Origin: Octopus vulgaris
Lineage: Eukaryota
Reading direction: 5' to 3'
DNA: 64,000 bases
Assembly (NCBI GenBank): GCA_951406725.2
Contig: OX597831.1
Coordinates: 40,920,001 to 40,984,000, forward strand
Shown here: piece by piece, positions 12,698 to 26,699 of the stretch
How positions within the stretch are numbered: the stretch's first letter is position 1
Layout: each line of letters begins with the position of its first letter
Translations under genes and position numbers: made by a program
The notes under the pieces: model-generated
What the model saw: the letters and a program-made list of their open reading frames with translations, nothing else
Told to the model about the DNA's origin: nothing
The model's database searches: none

Positions 12698-12858
12698 ACG
12701 GACTTCTTTCAGTTTCCGTCTACCAAATCAACTCACAAGGCTTTAGCTGGCCCAAAGCTATAGCAGAAGCCCCTTTTGCGCAAGGTGCCACGCAGTGGGA
12801 CTGAACCCAGAACCGTGCTGTATGGAAGCAGGCTTCTTACTGCACACCCACGCTTGCA
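12698..12858 (-). mobile_element. SINE group A, 5' half
   Basis: Reverse complement of the head and body of the 12188 copy, diverged. Confidence 0.75.
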
Positions 12859-12874
12859 CCTATCTATGTATGTA

Positions 12875-12922
<48 letters not shown>

Positions 12923-13039
12923 CATATATAAATATCTGTGTCTCCTTCAAGATGTTTATCTAAGCCATTACATATTTCCGTTACCTTCCACTCAATGTAA
13001 CATACCGTACTTTGCGGCTTTACAGACTTGACACATTAC

Positions 13040-13785
13040 AACTACCACCACCACCACCACCACCACCACCACCACTACCCCCACCTCTGCTGCTGCTGCT
13101 GTTGCTGCTACTGCTGCTTCTCATTCTGCTGGACTCATTACTATCGATTGCCATCGATGCGCAAGCAATGATACGAGAGACTTAAGCAAATTCCCAGTGC
13201 CTCGCACTGTCATGACGATGACAACGATGACGACGTGGATAATGATGGTGGTACGTGTTGTTGCTAGTGGTGGTGGTGGTGGTGGTGGTGGTGGTGGTGG
13301 TGGTGGCGGTGGCGGTGGTGGTGGTGGTGGTTTTGGTGGTAGTGATGGTGGCTTTGGTGATTTTGATGGTGCTTATTGTTAGTGGTGGTGGTGGTGGCGG
13401 CGGCAACGGCGGCGATGGTGGTGCTGGTGGTGCTGGTGATGCTAGTGGTGATAGCGGTGCTGGTGGTAGTGGTGGTAGTGGTGGTGGCTTTGGGGATTTT
13501 GATGGTGCTTATTGTTGGTGGTGGTGGAGGAGGCGGCGGCGGCAGCGGCGATGGTGGTGGTGGTGGTGCTGGTGATGCTAGTGGTGTTCGTGGTGTTCGT
13601 GGCGGTGGGGGTAGTGGTGATTGTGGTGGTAGTGGTGGTGGTCCTCGTTGTCGTCGTCGTCGTGATCGTTCTGGTGGTTGTGGTGGTGGTGGTGGTAGTG
13701 GTGGTGGTCCTCGTTGTCGTCGTCGTCGTGATGGTTCTGGTGGTGGTGGTGGTGGTGGTGGTGGTGGTGGTGGTGGTGGTGGTGC

Positions 13786-13816
<31 letters not shown>

Positions 13817-13865
13817 AGTGCTGGTGGTGCTGCTGGTGCTAGTGCTGGTGATGAAGGCGGTGGCT
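13040..13865. repeat. Compound (ACC)/(GGT)/(GCT)/(CGT) trinucleotide low-complexity tract
   Basis: Direct reading; internal duplications such as gattttgatggtgcttattgtt near 13359 and 13495. Confidence 0.9.
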
Positions 13866-14024
13866 TTGGGATCGGTTGTCGTTGTAATAGTGCGAATAAA
13901 AGCGGCCGAAACGGGGTTCCTCCGACACTGTCCGTAACTCTCGCAGATCAATCAAGGAGTCAGCACTCATGGTCGAGCCACAACTTCTCCACATCCAGGG
14001 ATCCTAACTCCAAAACTACGAATC

Positions 14025-14210
14025 GAATATATGATTAGAATACTGCAGGAAACGATCGCATTGCAGATTCTTCAAGCCACGCCAACCTGCAAGACACCTA
14101 CAGGAAGATCAAGAACGAGATGGTTGAAAAATATCCAATGTCTCAGTCGATTTCACTCGGAAATCCAGCTGGAAATTGAAATGGTAACTGATAACAATGG
14201 CGCTCTTCTT
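14025..14210 (+). mobile_element. Old RTE-type LINE 3' fragment
   Basis: MIRILQETIALQILQATPTCKTPTGRSRTRWLKNIQ resembles the RTE C-terminal RxxxQIL...GRPRxRW motif. Confidence 0.55.
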
Positions 14211-14363
14211 TATTAGCTTCTGTACTTTCTGAAGGAGAAACCTCAATCCTATAAATATTACCAACATGAAGTCGATTGACAAGTTTATTTTTGAACCTGT
14301 GGAAGACACACGAGATGTCGAAATATTGCTCATTTGATAACAATGGCACTCTTTATTTGCTTA

Positions 14364-14374
14364 TAATAATAATG

Positions 14375-14463
<89 letters not shown>

Positions 14464-14734
14464 AAGAAGAAGAAGAAGAAGAAGAAGAAGAAGAATGATG
14501 ATGATAATAATCCTTTCTATTATAGGCCCAATGCCCCAAATTTTGGGGAAGGGAACTAGTCGATTACATCGACCCAGTGTTTCACTGGTCCTTAATTTAT
14601 CGATCCCGAAAGGATGAAAGGTAAAGACGACCTCGGCGGAATTTGAACTCAGAACGTAAAGACAGACGAAATGCCGCTGAGCATTTCGTCTGGGGTGCTA
14701 ACGATTCTGCCAGCTCGCTGCCTTAATAATAATG

Positions 14735-14829
<95 letters not shown>

Positions 14830-15082
14830 AAGAAGAAGAAGAAGAAGAAGAAGAATGATGATGATAATAATCCTTTCTATTATAGGCCCAATGCCCCAAA
14901 TTTTGGGGAAGGGAACTAGTCGATTACATCGACCCAGTGTTTCACTGGTCCTTAATTTATCGATCCCGAAAGGATGAAAGGTAAAGACGACCTCGGCGGA
15001 ATTTGAACTCAGAACGTAAAGACAGACGAAATGCCGCTGAGCATTTCGTCTGGGGTGCTAACGATTCTGCCAGCTCGCTGCC

Positions 15083-15126
<44 letters not shown>
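14364..15126 (-). repeat. Tandem duplication (360-bp period) of SINE group B plus (AAT)n(AAG)n
   Basis: 14521-14723 is identical to 14881-15083; each SINE copy is on the minus strand. Confidence 0.9.
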
Positions 15127-15156
<30 letters not shown>

Positions 15157-15310
15157 AAGAAGAAGAAGAAGAAGAAGAAGAAGAAGAAGAAGAAGAAGAA
15201 GAAGAAGAAGAAGAAGAAGAAGAAGAAGAAGAAGAAGAAGAAGAAGAAGAAGAAGAAGAAGAAGAAGAAGAAGAAGAAGAAGAAGAAGAAGAAGAAGAAG
15301 AAGAAGAAGA

Positions 15311-15818
15311 ATTGCCCTGCTGCAGTACCAGGCAGTGGCTCTCGTGGCTTCTGATCTTAACTGATTGAAAGTGTTATCATGTACATTGTTTTATCTTGGT
15401 ATATAAGATGGGCTATAGCAAATATTCTGCTCAATACCACAGATTTGCTTGTCAGTTGACCATGTCCCTTATTGGCTGACGATATGCGCATCTCTGATCA
15501 TGAGCAGAAGTAGTGGGGGAGCATCATAGCCGTGTGTTGAAAGGAATTCTTAGAGGTTTGGATAATTCACCTCTGGAAACATGGATGTTTCCTTCAACAT
15601 CCTTAAACACTCCTTATTCAGGGACCTTTTGAGCGGGATGGGCTACTCGACCAGAAGAAAATTCTAACTGGGCCCCACCCGCAAGGTCATGTGCTATTTA
15701 TCTTGACATGAGATCATCATATGGTTGTGATGCATGTGCCTAGTGTACCCTTATCAGACGGGTAGTCATGATGGGTATATTGGGCTTATATATTTTACCC
15801 CAGTGTCACTTTGATGGC
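15311..15818. other. Unclassified 0.5-kb complex segment between (AAG)n and (AAT)n tracts, probable interspersed repeat
   Basis: Sharp boundaries with microsatellites on both sides; no ORF homology recognised. Confidence 0.35.
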
Positions 15819-15859
<41 letters not shown>

Positions 15860-15885
15860 TAATAATAATAATAATAATAATAATG

Positions 15886-15946
<61 letters not shown>

Positions 15947-16542
15947 TAATAATAATAATAATAATAATAATTTTAATAATGTATGAATAAAGCCTAGACG
16001 TTCTATAGCAAATGTAGAAAAGGCACGTAATTAGGACCTTTGAATTGTGTTTACAATATTTTTATACATGAATGTTATGGGTGTATAAATATATGATTAT
16101 ATTTTGTGACACATAGCTTTGAACACAGTATCCATTTCTTCTTCACTTGTAATGGTCCAATAGAATATATTTCAATTCTTAATACCGTACAATACGCATT
16201 CGTCTGGTAACTTTTGAACTTTTTATCTATATTTGCCAATTTTATACATAATATCAACGGCTATCTCTGACATTCGCGTGATTTATGCCTCTGTGTGTCA
16301 GTTCGTATGTGTATGCGTACGTGTTTATTTTGTTTGTGTATATATATGCATACTATATATATATATATATATAGTATGCATATATATATGTATAAATATG
16401 TGCGCATGTATTATGCAAGTGTGTAAAATGTAAATAGCAAATACTAAGTTGGACAATAAAAACAGAACGTATTTGACAAATAGTGTATTAGATCTAATAT
16501 TTGAGAAGTTGAGAGTAATTTATCGTCCTAGAAGTTATATCT

Positions 16543-16930
<388 letters not shown>

Positions 16931-17764
16931 GTGTATGTGTATACACATATATACGTACATAAAAGTAATTATATACACACATACACACTTATACACACGT
17001 CTGTATTTTTTTTTAACTATTATCTTTTAAAATCTCTGATTCTCACCCGGTGGGAGGGGGGGCCATATGTTCCCTGGGATCCATGTAAGACTTTTGGGGG
17101 TGTCCATGCAAGAAAAGCAGTAGATTGTAGACACACCGTAGTATTCTAAGGGTCCAGGAAAAAAATTGATTTAGATGTATTTATTGCAAGAAAGAGCTGG
17201 GTCTCTTTCTCTAACATTTTATATAGTTCAACCTACACAGATTAATGTGGGAAAAAACGAAATGGGAATTTTGAGAGATGTAGAAGCTCCGTGAACGATC
17301 TCAGTGTGAAAATCAATCACAAAGTATTCTGATTGATTTTTCACAACGTGTGTGGAGACGAGGCGGGATGGGTTCTAAAAATCTACTGACTACACCGCAA
17401 TGTTATCTCCGAAGAAGTTCGAGGTAAACACGACTACGAGCTCGGTGATCCGAAAAGGGAGACATGACAAACAACATCAAGCTGCAAAGTAAGTGAGAAG
17501 GTTATTCCTTTGATATGGAAGAGTTCACTTGAATGTCATACGAAGTGGTTTAATGGACATGAAAACGGCTGCGACACAACCGTTTCGGCGCAGCCTATTT
17601 AGCGTCGCTTATCCGACGCTGACGTGCTTGGCATTATTATTTTTCTTATTTCCATATTTCTCTCGTTCTCTCTTTCTCTCTCTCTCGTTCTCTCTCTCTC
17701 TTTCCTATCTATCTATCTACCTATCTATTTATCATTCTATCTATCCATATGTGTGTGTTTGTAT

Positions 17765-18475
17765 AGGGTCCTTCCCCATTCAGGGTGAGCAGCAGCGTTC
17801 CCAAATAGGCCTGCCCAGTCGCAGATGTAAGACCGAATCCCTGGGTTGTCACCAGGTCCCAGGAAGGCGAACATCTTGCATCTGCCGCTAACGTGCAGGT
17901 CCGGACTAGGAGCTTCTAGTTTCACCAAAACCTGCTCCCACCATCCTTACACCATCGTCGTTGGGATTTTGTAAAAAGATAAAGGGGGGAGATGAGGAAA
18001 GTTGAATCAAAAAGAAACCAAACCAGCCAATGGCGTGAGTTTATTTAGGATGACCCAAAATCCTTCTGCTGCGACACTACTTGGAGTGACATGCAAGGTC
18101 CGGAATATGGGTTGCAACGGAATGCCGCCAGCTCCAATGTCATTAGAGTTGTACCTTTCTAGCCAGTCCGTCTGGCATTGCCCTCTTTCGCAAGGATCAA
18201 TCGTTGAATGCGGAGATCTAGCTTCCTTCGCTTAATCCACCGTTGGGCTCTCAGTTTGATATGGTGAGGGACAATGACAGCGCTTCTGTTTGAAGGACAG
18301 CACCCTTGTTTGAACAGATCTTGTTTTTAGTTCTGATGGGTGCCCTCACACCCTCCTCCAAGTTCAAGCAAGCTTAACCAAGAGGGGAGTCGGTTTAGTC
18401 GCCGACGACTCTCAGTAACTGAAAGGAATGGGAGCACATGGTTGGCCGTTGTCTCCAGGAAGAGACCTCAGCGTC
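17765..18475 (-). mobile_element. Probable RTE-clade LINE 5' UTR fragment
   Basis: GC-richer block ending (minus 5' end) in an HDV-ribozyme-like motif ...ggcgactaaacc; no intact ORF. Confidence 0.45.
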
Positions 18476-18646
18476 ATATATATATATAGGGCTCTTAAAC
18501 TATCTGTTATGTCGATTATACATTGATGTAAGAATAAGTTGTTTTATAAATCTCGAAACATGTGTACCGCGACATCCTTTGTGTCGTGTTTTTCATTTTA
18601 TTTATTTCATTTGATACATACACACACGCACACACACACACACACA

Positions 18647-18722
<76 letters not shown>

Positions 18723-18886
18723 AAATGAGAAAATGGAGAAACATACCTAAATCAATCATCAACCATCAGATAATACCCAATCGATACTTTATTAAACCAT
18801 TACACAACAGCAATGATATTATACATAATATATTACAAATATAACAAGACATAGAAATAGAAATAGAAAATACATTTACAATGTAG

Positions 18887-18995
18887 CTGACAGCTGTTTC
18901 GGCCGTGAAGACAGGTATGTCCCATTTAACCTATTAGCCATATAAAGCAGGTATAAATGAGACATTAACAAGAATGTCTCACGGCCTCTTCAGAG
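18887..18995 (-). ncRNA. Hammerhead motif with very long stem II in a (TA)n-abutting PLE-type fragment (about 18721-19050)
   Basis: Minus strand CTGAAGA-ggccgtga...tcacggcc-GAAAC-agct-GTC; 8-bp perfect base of stem II; stem I only 2 bp. Confidence 0.7.
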
Positions 18996-20009
18996 AATTT
19001 AATGTAAGTATGAAAAAAATTTACATATAAATATAAGTATGTGTGCATAGACACTCATAATTCTACACATATATATATACACAATAATACAATATAAACA
19101 ATATAGATCAATATACATTAACAAACACAATAATGTTCCATATTGAACTCATAGCTCTATAACCAACATCAAGGAAATACATGTACACTCACATTTAAAG
19201 CAGGCATATATATTTAACAGTCCAGTCTATTAAAATGTGTAACCACACAAAAAGTCAATAAAATTAATATTAATATTAATAATAATAATAATAACAACCA
19301 TGATTGTACCATCTAAAGCAAGCGGACATCCACATATATACTCAATAAGTCGAATTCCTCTGCCCGCTTGGTATTGATTTTCATAGATATATTCGATTGG
19401 CTTATAGTTTTAAATTTGAATCACAATGGAAATTTTACGGTTAGTTAGCCAGGAAACATACACACGCGCACGCACATCCACAGATCGTGCGCACATACAT
19501 ACATAGTTATATGTATACACGCACACCCACACACATACTCACAGACATAGCCACATACACAACCAATACATAAATAAATAAATAGATAATATAAGAGGTA
19601 GTATCGCAACTATACACATGCAAAACAGAGGAACCCAACCGACTGCACATACATGCATGCAGACATCAAGCCACCCCAAACGACACCAAGGCCGTGGTAT
19701 TAACTAAGTAGATTCACTCACATATTTCCATAAAACAGTAAATGCAAACATACATATAATTACATCCAGATAGAGAATGTAATTTTTTCATAAGGTACAT
19801 AATTCATATGACACCGTATTTTTCGTAAACATAATATTTTATAACTAAAATGTCCGCAAACTTAACCGCTATGTTTTATTCAAACATTCGCTAAATTATA
19901 AAGTATAGAATACCCGTTTCTGTTTGACTATCAAAAGACATAAAAATATACATATACTAAGTTATATATATACTAAGTTATATAGATATATATATATATA
20001 TATATATGA

Positions 20010-20202
20010 CCTCGTGAAGACTACCTGCAATTTTTTTTCCTCTGTCCTCCCGTCTCGGGATCTTTCTTTCTCCTATGTTTCCGACGAAGAGCTCCGCTCG
20101 AAACGTCATACTCTCCTTCTTCCATTTTCCTGAGCGCCTAATAATATTAATACTGTAATTGTTTCACGTGTTGTTGTTTTTTCTGTTTTCCCGTTTGGAT
20201 TA

Positions 20203-20207
<5 letters not shown>
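20010..20207 (+). mobile_element. PLE pLTR fragment in (TA)n with minimal HHR variant (20077-20111)
   Basis: gttt-CCGACGA-a-gagc(tcc)gctc-GAAAC-GTC-atac (U4C core). Confidence 0.65.
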
Positions 20208-20261
<54 letters not shown>

Positions 20262-20605
20262 GTATATACACACATATATGTGTATGTGTGTATGCAAGAA
20301 TGTGTGTATGTATGTATATATATATATCCATTTATCTATGTCTGTTTGTCTGTCTGTCTATCTTTACGTCTGGGCATATGTCTCTTTATATGTGAGGAGA
20401 AGAGAAGTGTTTATGTCAATCTTGTTAAAACCTATAATGCTTCTCTCTCTCTCTCTCTCTCTCTCTCATCCCGGAGTGGGGCCGGGGTGACCATCTCATC
20501 TTCATTTGTACAAATCCATATCATTCATCATCATATGTTATATGCCCCCACATGTCCTGTATTGTCCCCTCTTCGTTGGCCCCTAGTGAGCAATAAAGAA
20601 ATCCC

Positions 20606-20654
<49 letters not shown>

Positions 20655-21284
20655 TTTCTCTCATTCGCTCCTTCTGTCTGCATGCGTACATTCTAATGCG
20701 CGCGCGAGTTCGTTTTATGTGCGTATGCGCCCGCATTTGTGTATGTGTGTGTAAGTGTGTGACAGAGAGAGAGAGAAAGAGAGAGTGTGTGCGCATCTGC
20801 TTCGCGGATAATAGAATATGAATGTTATATGTGTGTAACAGAATGACATCGATGTCGTTACATTGTTTATTGGTCTATTAACTTATGATTAACACAAACG
20901 TGCTTATAATTGGTTATGTCTGCGGTTTTGCTCATAATATAAAGTCATAACATATACGTAGACCGTAATCGAATAATATTTCCGATTATTAATCATTGAA
21001 CTAATATTAATTATTTCTAATTAACGTCTTGATGCTGGCTGCATTAAATGTCTATATTTCATTTTAACTATATTGCATTACTGCATAATATGCTATAATG
21101 TATTTTATCATCGCTTGTGTATTCTCTTATAGTCTGCTAAGCTGCATAGAGGTATGTGTTCTGGTTTTACGGTGGTTTAAGAAACTGTATTGCACAAGGT
21201 GGACTTAGGCGATTCGGCGTAGTTGTTGTGACGTTGATGTTTCGGCACGGCTGACTGAACGAGAGTACTTTTTAGCGCTGGAGG

Positions 21285-22640
21285 CAAACACACTCACACT
21301 CACACCCACGCAAACACACTCACACACACACGCAGACACACACACACTCATTCATATGCAAACACACACTCACACACACACATTCACATGCAAACACACA
21401 CTCACACCCATGCAAACACACTCACACACACACACACACACTCACATGCAAACACACACACTCACATACAAACACACACTCTCACACACACATTCACATG
21501 CAAACACACACTCACACCCATGCAAACACACTCACACACACACACACTCACATGCAAACACACACACTCACATGCAAACACACACTCTCACACACACACT
21601 CACATGCAAACACACATTCACATGCAAACACACACTCACACCCATGCAAACACACTCACACACACACACACTCACATGCAAACACACACACTCACATACA
21701 AACACACACTCTCACATGCACATTCACATGCAAACACACACTCACACCCATGCAAACACACTCACACACACACACTCACATGCAAACACACACACTCACA
21801 TGCAAACACACACTCTCACACACACACTCACATACAAACACACACTCTCACACATACACTCACATGCAAACACACACTCACACCCATGCAAACACACTCA
21901 CATACACATGCACTCACATGCAAACACACACACTCACATGCAAACACACACTCTCACACACACATTCACATGCAAACACACACTCACACCCATGCAAACA
22001 CACTCACACACACACACACTCACATGCAAACACACACACTCACATACAAACACACACTCTCACACACACATTCACATGCAAACACACACTCACACCCATG
22101 CAAACACACTCACACACACACACACTCACATGCAAACACACACACTCACATGCAAACACACACTCACACACACACATTCACATGCAAACACACACTCACA
22201 CCCACGCAAACACACTCACACACACACACACTCACATGCAAACACACACACTCACATGCAAACACACACTCACACACACACATTCACATGCAATTCACAC
22301 ACACTCACACCCATGCAAACACACTCACACACACACACATACTCACACGCAAACACACACTCACACACACACATTCACATGCAAACACACACACACATTC
22401 ACACGCAAACACACTCACACACACACACTCACATGCAAACACACACTCTCACACACACATTCACATGCAAACACACACTCACACCCACGCAAACACACAC
22501 ACACACACACGCAGACACACACACACTCATTCATATGCAAACACACACTCACACACACGCAAAAGCACAATCACACACATACGCAAACATACATTCACAT
22601 TCACGCAAAAACACTCACACACACGCCAAAAATACACTCA
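21285..22640. repeat. CA-derived minisatellite (catgcaaacacacactca units of about 20-34 bp)
   Basis: Direct reading; produces the spurious 436-450 aa Thr/His ORFs. Confidence 0.95.
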
Positions 22641-22787
22641 TACACACACTCTCATGCACGCATATATAGCACGGCATCTTTCAGTTTCCATCCAGTAAAT
22701 CCACTTACAGTAATCCCTCGACTATTGAAGGTGTTACGTTCCAACCCCGCGATAGATGAAAATCCGCAAAGTAGAAACAGTACTATA

Positions 22788-23197
22788 CTCTTTTATTCTT
22801 TTACTTGTTTCAGTCATTTGACTGCGGCCATGCTGGAGCACCGCCTTTAATCGAGCAAATCGACCCCAGGACTTATTCTTTGTAAGCCCAGTACTTATTC
22901 TATCGGTCTCTTTTGCCGAACCGCTAAGTTACTGGTACGTAAACACACCAGCATCCGTTGTCAAGTGATGTTGGCGGGACAAACACAGACACACAAACAT
23001 ACACACTCACACACATATATATATACATATATACGACGGGCTTCTTTCAGTTTCCGTCTACCAAATGCACTCACAAGGCTTTGGTCAGCCCGAAGCTATA
23101 GTAGAAGACACTCGCCCAAGGTGCCACGCAGTGGGACTGAACCCGGAACCATGTGGTTGGTAAGCAAGCTACTTACCACACAGCCACTCCTGCGCCT
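22788..23197 (-). mobile_element. Full-length SINE group A
   Basis: Reverse complement of the 12188 copy. Confidence 0.9.
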
Positions 23198-23215
23198 GTT
23201 TATTTATGTTTTTTA

Positions 23216-23610
23216 GTACCTCTGCCTTAGCGAGGGCGGAGCTATTGTTTTCAGTCGTGTTTGTTTGTCTGTCGACAAGATATCCCCGGGAACCGCTTGA
23301 TGGATTCTGATGAAACTTTCAGGAATTTTGGCTTCGTGATTGGCACGAACCGATTAGATTCTGGGATCGATCCGATATCTGACAAGGATTCTGGATTATT
23401 TTTCCTGTTTTTTTTTGTTTTTTTTTTGTTTTTTGGGGTTTTTTTTACTTAATTTTTGAGAGCTGTCGGGTTCATTTTTAGTATTTTCGTTTGTGAGAGC
23501 AGTCGAGTTTATTTCAGATATTCTCATTTTAAAAATCATCTCTGGCTAATCGTTGAGAAGACGTTGGTGTTGCCTTGACTGGGGCTTGCGCTCTCTGAGT
23601 GTTCTTGTTA
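23216..23610. mobile_element. Non-autonomous Helentron/HINE-like element
   Basis: Hairpin cctctgcc-ttagcgag-ggcggag at the left end and gcgctctctgagtg at the right end; homologous to 10440-10677. Confidence 0.65.
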
Positions 23611-24289
23611 TTTTTATAATTCGCATAAATTTATTTAATTACAAATGCAAAAAAAAAAAAAAAACACGGAGGAATCGACGTAATCTTAAACAATAAACCG
23701 CGATATGTGAACCGCGATACGGCGAGGGATTACTGTACAAAGCTTTCGAAGTCGTTTCGACACTATAGTAGAAGACACTTGCCTAAAGTGCCACTCAGCG
23801 GGATTGAACTGAAAACTATATAGCTGGGAAGCAAACTTCTTACCACTCAGCTATCACTGCGCCTTTTGCTTTGAAATTTTTGCAACATCACTTTCAAGTT
23901 TGATTACATATTTCCATTTTCAGTTCAACTCAAGTGAATTTTCTTTCGCCCATCTCACCCGACTTTAGCATGAAACACGTTTGGTAAGAGTTTAAAATCG
24001 GCTTCTTTTTTTGTTTTGGGGCTTTTTTTTTTTAAGCTTTGAAACCATTTGTCTTTTATCTCCTTTGTCTCTTACTTCTTTCTATTCAGAGACTGCGGCC
24101 GTGCTGTGGGAACCACCTTCAAAGATTTAGTCGAAGAACTCCACCCCAGTATCGTTGCTTGGAATTTTTGTTTTTGGTTTTTCAGCTTATTCTATCGGTC
24201 TCTCTTTCGCCAAACCGCTACAAGGACGCAAAAAAAACAATACTGCTTGTCAAACGGTAATGGGAAACAACACAAAGACACACTTGCTG

Positions 24290-24334
<45 letters not shown>

Positions 24335-24779
24335 CAAACTTAGAACTGGGTTCCAAAAAGTTGTCATGAATATAATATAATTTATGAATTAACTTTATAA
24401 TTTTAAACTGCACCTCTCCATTTTTTTCTGCCTACTACTCCTGGGAGAGTCACGGGGATCAGACTTCTCTTCCGTAAGGTCCTACAAGAAGTAACCATCG
24501 TGCAGGATTCCCAAAACTTAACGAGCAACGACTATGGATATTATCCTGCCATCTCATTCTACCCTTCTGGCAGTTGCTTCGGCTTGAGCTATCCATCTTG
24601 TGATTCTAATCGCATCTCCAAAGAACCGGAGCTGTGGTCACTCAATGCGGAGAAGGAGTGGCCCGATGAGGACAGGCTCCCTGATCGAGTTGCGCACCTT
24701 AAGATCATTAGATTTAAATTATTGAATTAAAAATCACTAAACGTAAATTAATTAGTATTATTATCTGCAGTCAATCTTC

Positions 24780-25086
24780 GCAACCATGACCGATCATGGC
24801 TTAGGCATGACTTGATAAGCTTTCTCCAGGCTGGTCGGTTTTTCGCTTGGGTTTGCCATTTATTATGATGAATTCCTTTCTACTTCATATTCCTTTTTGC
24901 ATTATCTTTGGATCTCAGTCTAGGTCTACCACTCTTTCTTTTCCCCTTGCACAGTTAGGAGTAAAGGATTTGTCTAGGGAGTCCGGTGTACGTGGCCCAA
25001 CCGCCGTAAATTTCTACCAGTGAGGATTTCCATCATAGCAGGAAGGTCAGCATACCATAGGATCTCTTCATTCCTGATCTTGTCGA
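24780..25086 (-). mobile_element. RTE/BovB-type LINE 3' fragment
   Basis: Minus translation DKIRNEEILWYADLP..RNLRRLGHVHR..LPRQILYS*LCKGKRKSGRPRLRSKD..WQTQAKNRPAWRKLI. Confidence 0.85.
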
Positions 25087-26699
25087 AGATTAGTAATTCT
25101 AAATAATTAGTAATCTTCAATAATTAAAATCATTTAAATACCTATTGGTATACATGAGAAATGCAAGATTACTAATCCAGGGTGGAATCGTCAGAGTTCC
25201 GGACAAAATGCTTTGCGGTAACTCTTCCGATTTTTTTATGTACTGACTTCAAATAACGCGGGAATCAACTTTGGCTTCCGTTTTTTCGAGGTTGATAGCA
25301 TACTGTAGAAGTCAAGTACTTGGGGACGACAGCATTGACTAATCCCTTCCTCTCAAGAGCTCTGTTCTTGTGCCAAAATTAGGAAATCGCATACTTCCTC
25401 CGGCCTATCACGTTCTGGATTACAGCAGGGTTAAAATGAGAGAGAGCCAAAAGAGTCCTCTGTGTCCGCTCGTGACGACATAGGCGCCTAAACAATTAGT
25501 GACAGCATGCTACATGTTACCCAGACATATTCGTTCACAGGTGACGTTTGGCTCTTTTTTCTCAGTGAGAAAACAAATTTACTCTCCATATATTTCTTCT
25601 CTGAGTCTATAGAAAAGTTGAAGATTCTTCCTTTACTTTACAAACAAGCTGAGTTCCACAATAATAATATGCCAGACCGCCATACTCACGTTCAAATTTT
25701 TCTAAAGATTCTTTAATTTAGAGATGGATAAATACTTAAGGTATAATGTAGCAGGTTCTTGAAACATTTTCGAATTTTATAGATTTGTCACGTAAATTTT
25801 CAGGATAAACCATGCAGTGGAATCTTATAAATTCTTTATCTGCTAAATTAATTGTGATTTTAATCGAGAAAGTAAGCCCACCATCGCCTATCATAGACAG
25901 AACCCCTGGCAGGCGTTCTGTCAATTGATACATTCATAAGCCCTTCGAGGGATAGATTAAATTTTATTATCGATTTCTTTACCTCTTTATAGATATAGTT
26001 TCTTTAATCGCTAATCTTCTACTATTTGAATGCAAATTCATTTCTTCACGAGCCTTAAAGACTGACTTTATCTACAACTCGAATAAAAACAGTAATTTGA
26101 GCTGATTTTAAAATTGATTTCGGTACCTTTTGTCGATAACCACTGAAAATTAACTAACTTCTAGTTAATTTTCTGCTCTTCCTGTTATTTAATGTTTCCA
26201 AGCGGTTTTGTCTTTTCCGGGTAGAAAATTTCAACAACTGCCGCAAGGCATTCTTTCGTAAATTCTCCATCAATAAATTTGAAGAATTTTAGAATGTGTT
26301 TTTAATTAACAGCATTGATTACGTGTATAATTTCTTTTACAATCTTTGTGTCCTTTAGCAAAACGTTAATTCAGGATGATCCCAATCTGTTTGTTTCAAT
26401 TTTAAACGTTTTTTCATATTTCCTTTTAGTTTATCATACCCACAGTGTTTAGAAATGTAATGACTCTTAACGTTAAGTTCTTCAAACACAGAAAGGTATT
26501 AAGAATATATTAAACAAGCTGGTTTGCTTTTCATTATTTTCTTTGAAAAAGCATTAATTTTTAACTGAAATCGTTAGGAGAGTATTTAATGTGTTTGTAG
26601 CATAAAAGACTAAGATTAAGTATTCCCAACCTGCTTCAAGATCACAAGCTATCGTATATCAAATAACATCACAGAATGTAAAATAATAGTAATATGAAT

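Larger units (their letters stand above)
22708..23735. mobile_element. Tigger/pogo-like MITE with TA TSD, carrying a nested SINE and HINE
   Basis: TIRs cagtaatccctcg/cgagggattactg flanked by TA at 22706 and 23736; splits an older SINE A (aaatccactta|caaagcttt). Confidence 0.8.

Noticed and set aside
13182-14038. Gly/Val/Thr-rich ORFs up to 220 aa
   Set aside because: Trinucleotide low-complexity tract, open in several frames on both strands, with no splice or domain evidence.
17305-17345. Hairpin tgtgaaaatcaatca/tgattgatttttcaca
   Set aside because: A 15-bp AT-rich stem, too short for a pre-miRNA and with no supporting context.
21356-22850. 436-450 aa Thr/His-rich ORFs
   Set aside because: Translation of a CA-based minisatellite; open in all three frames because stops are compositionally absent.
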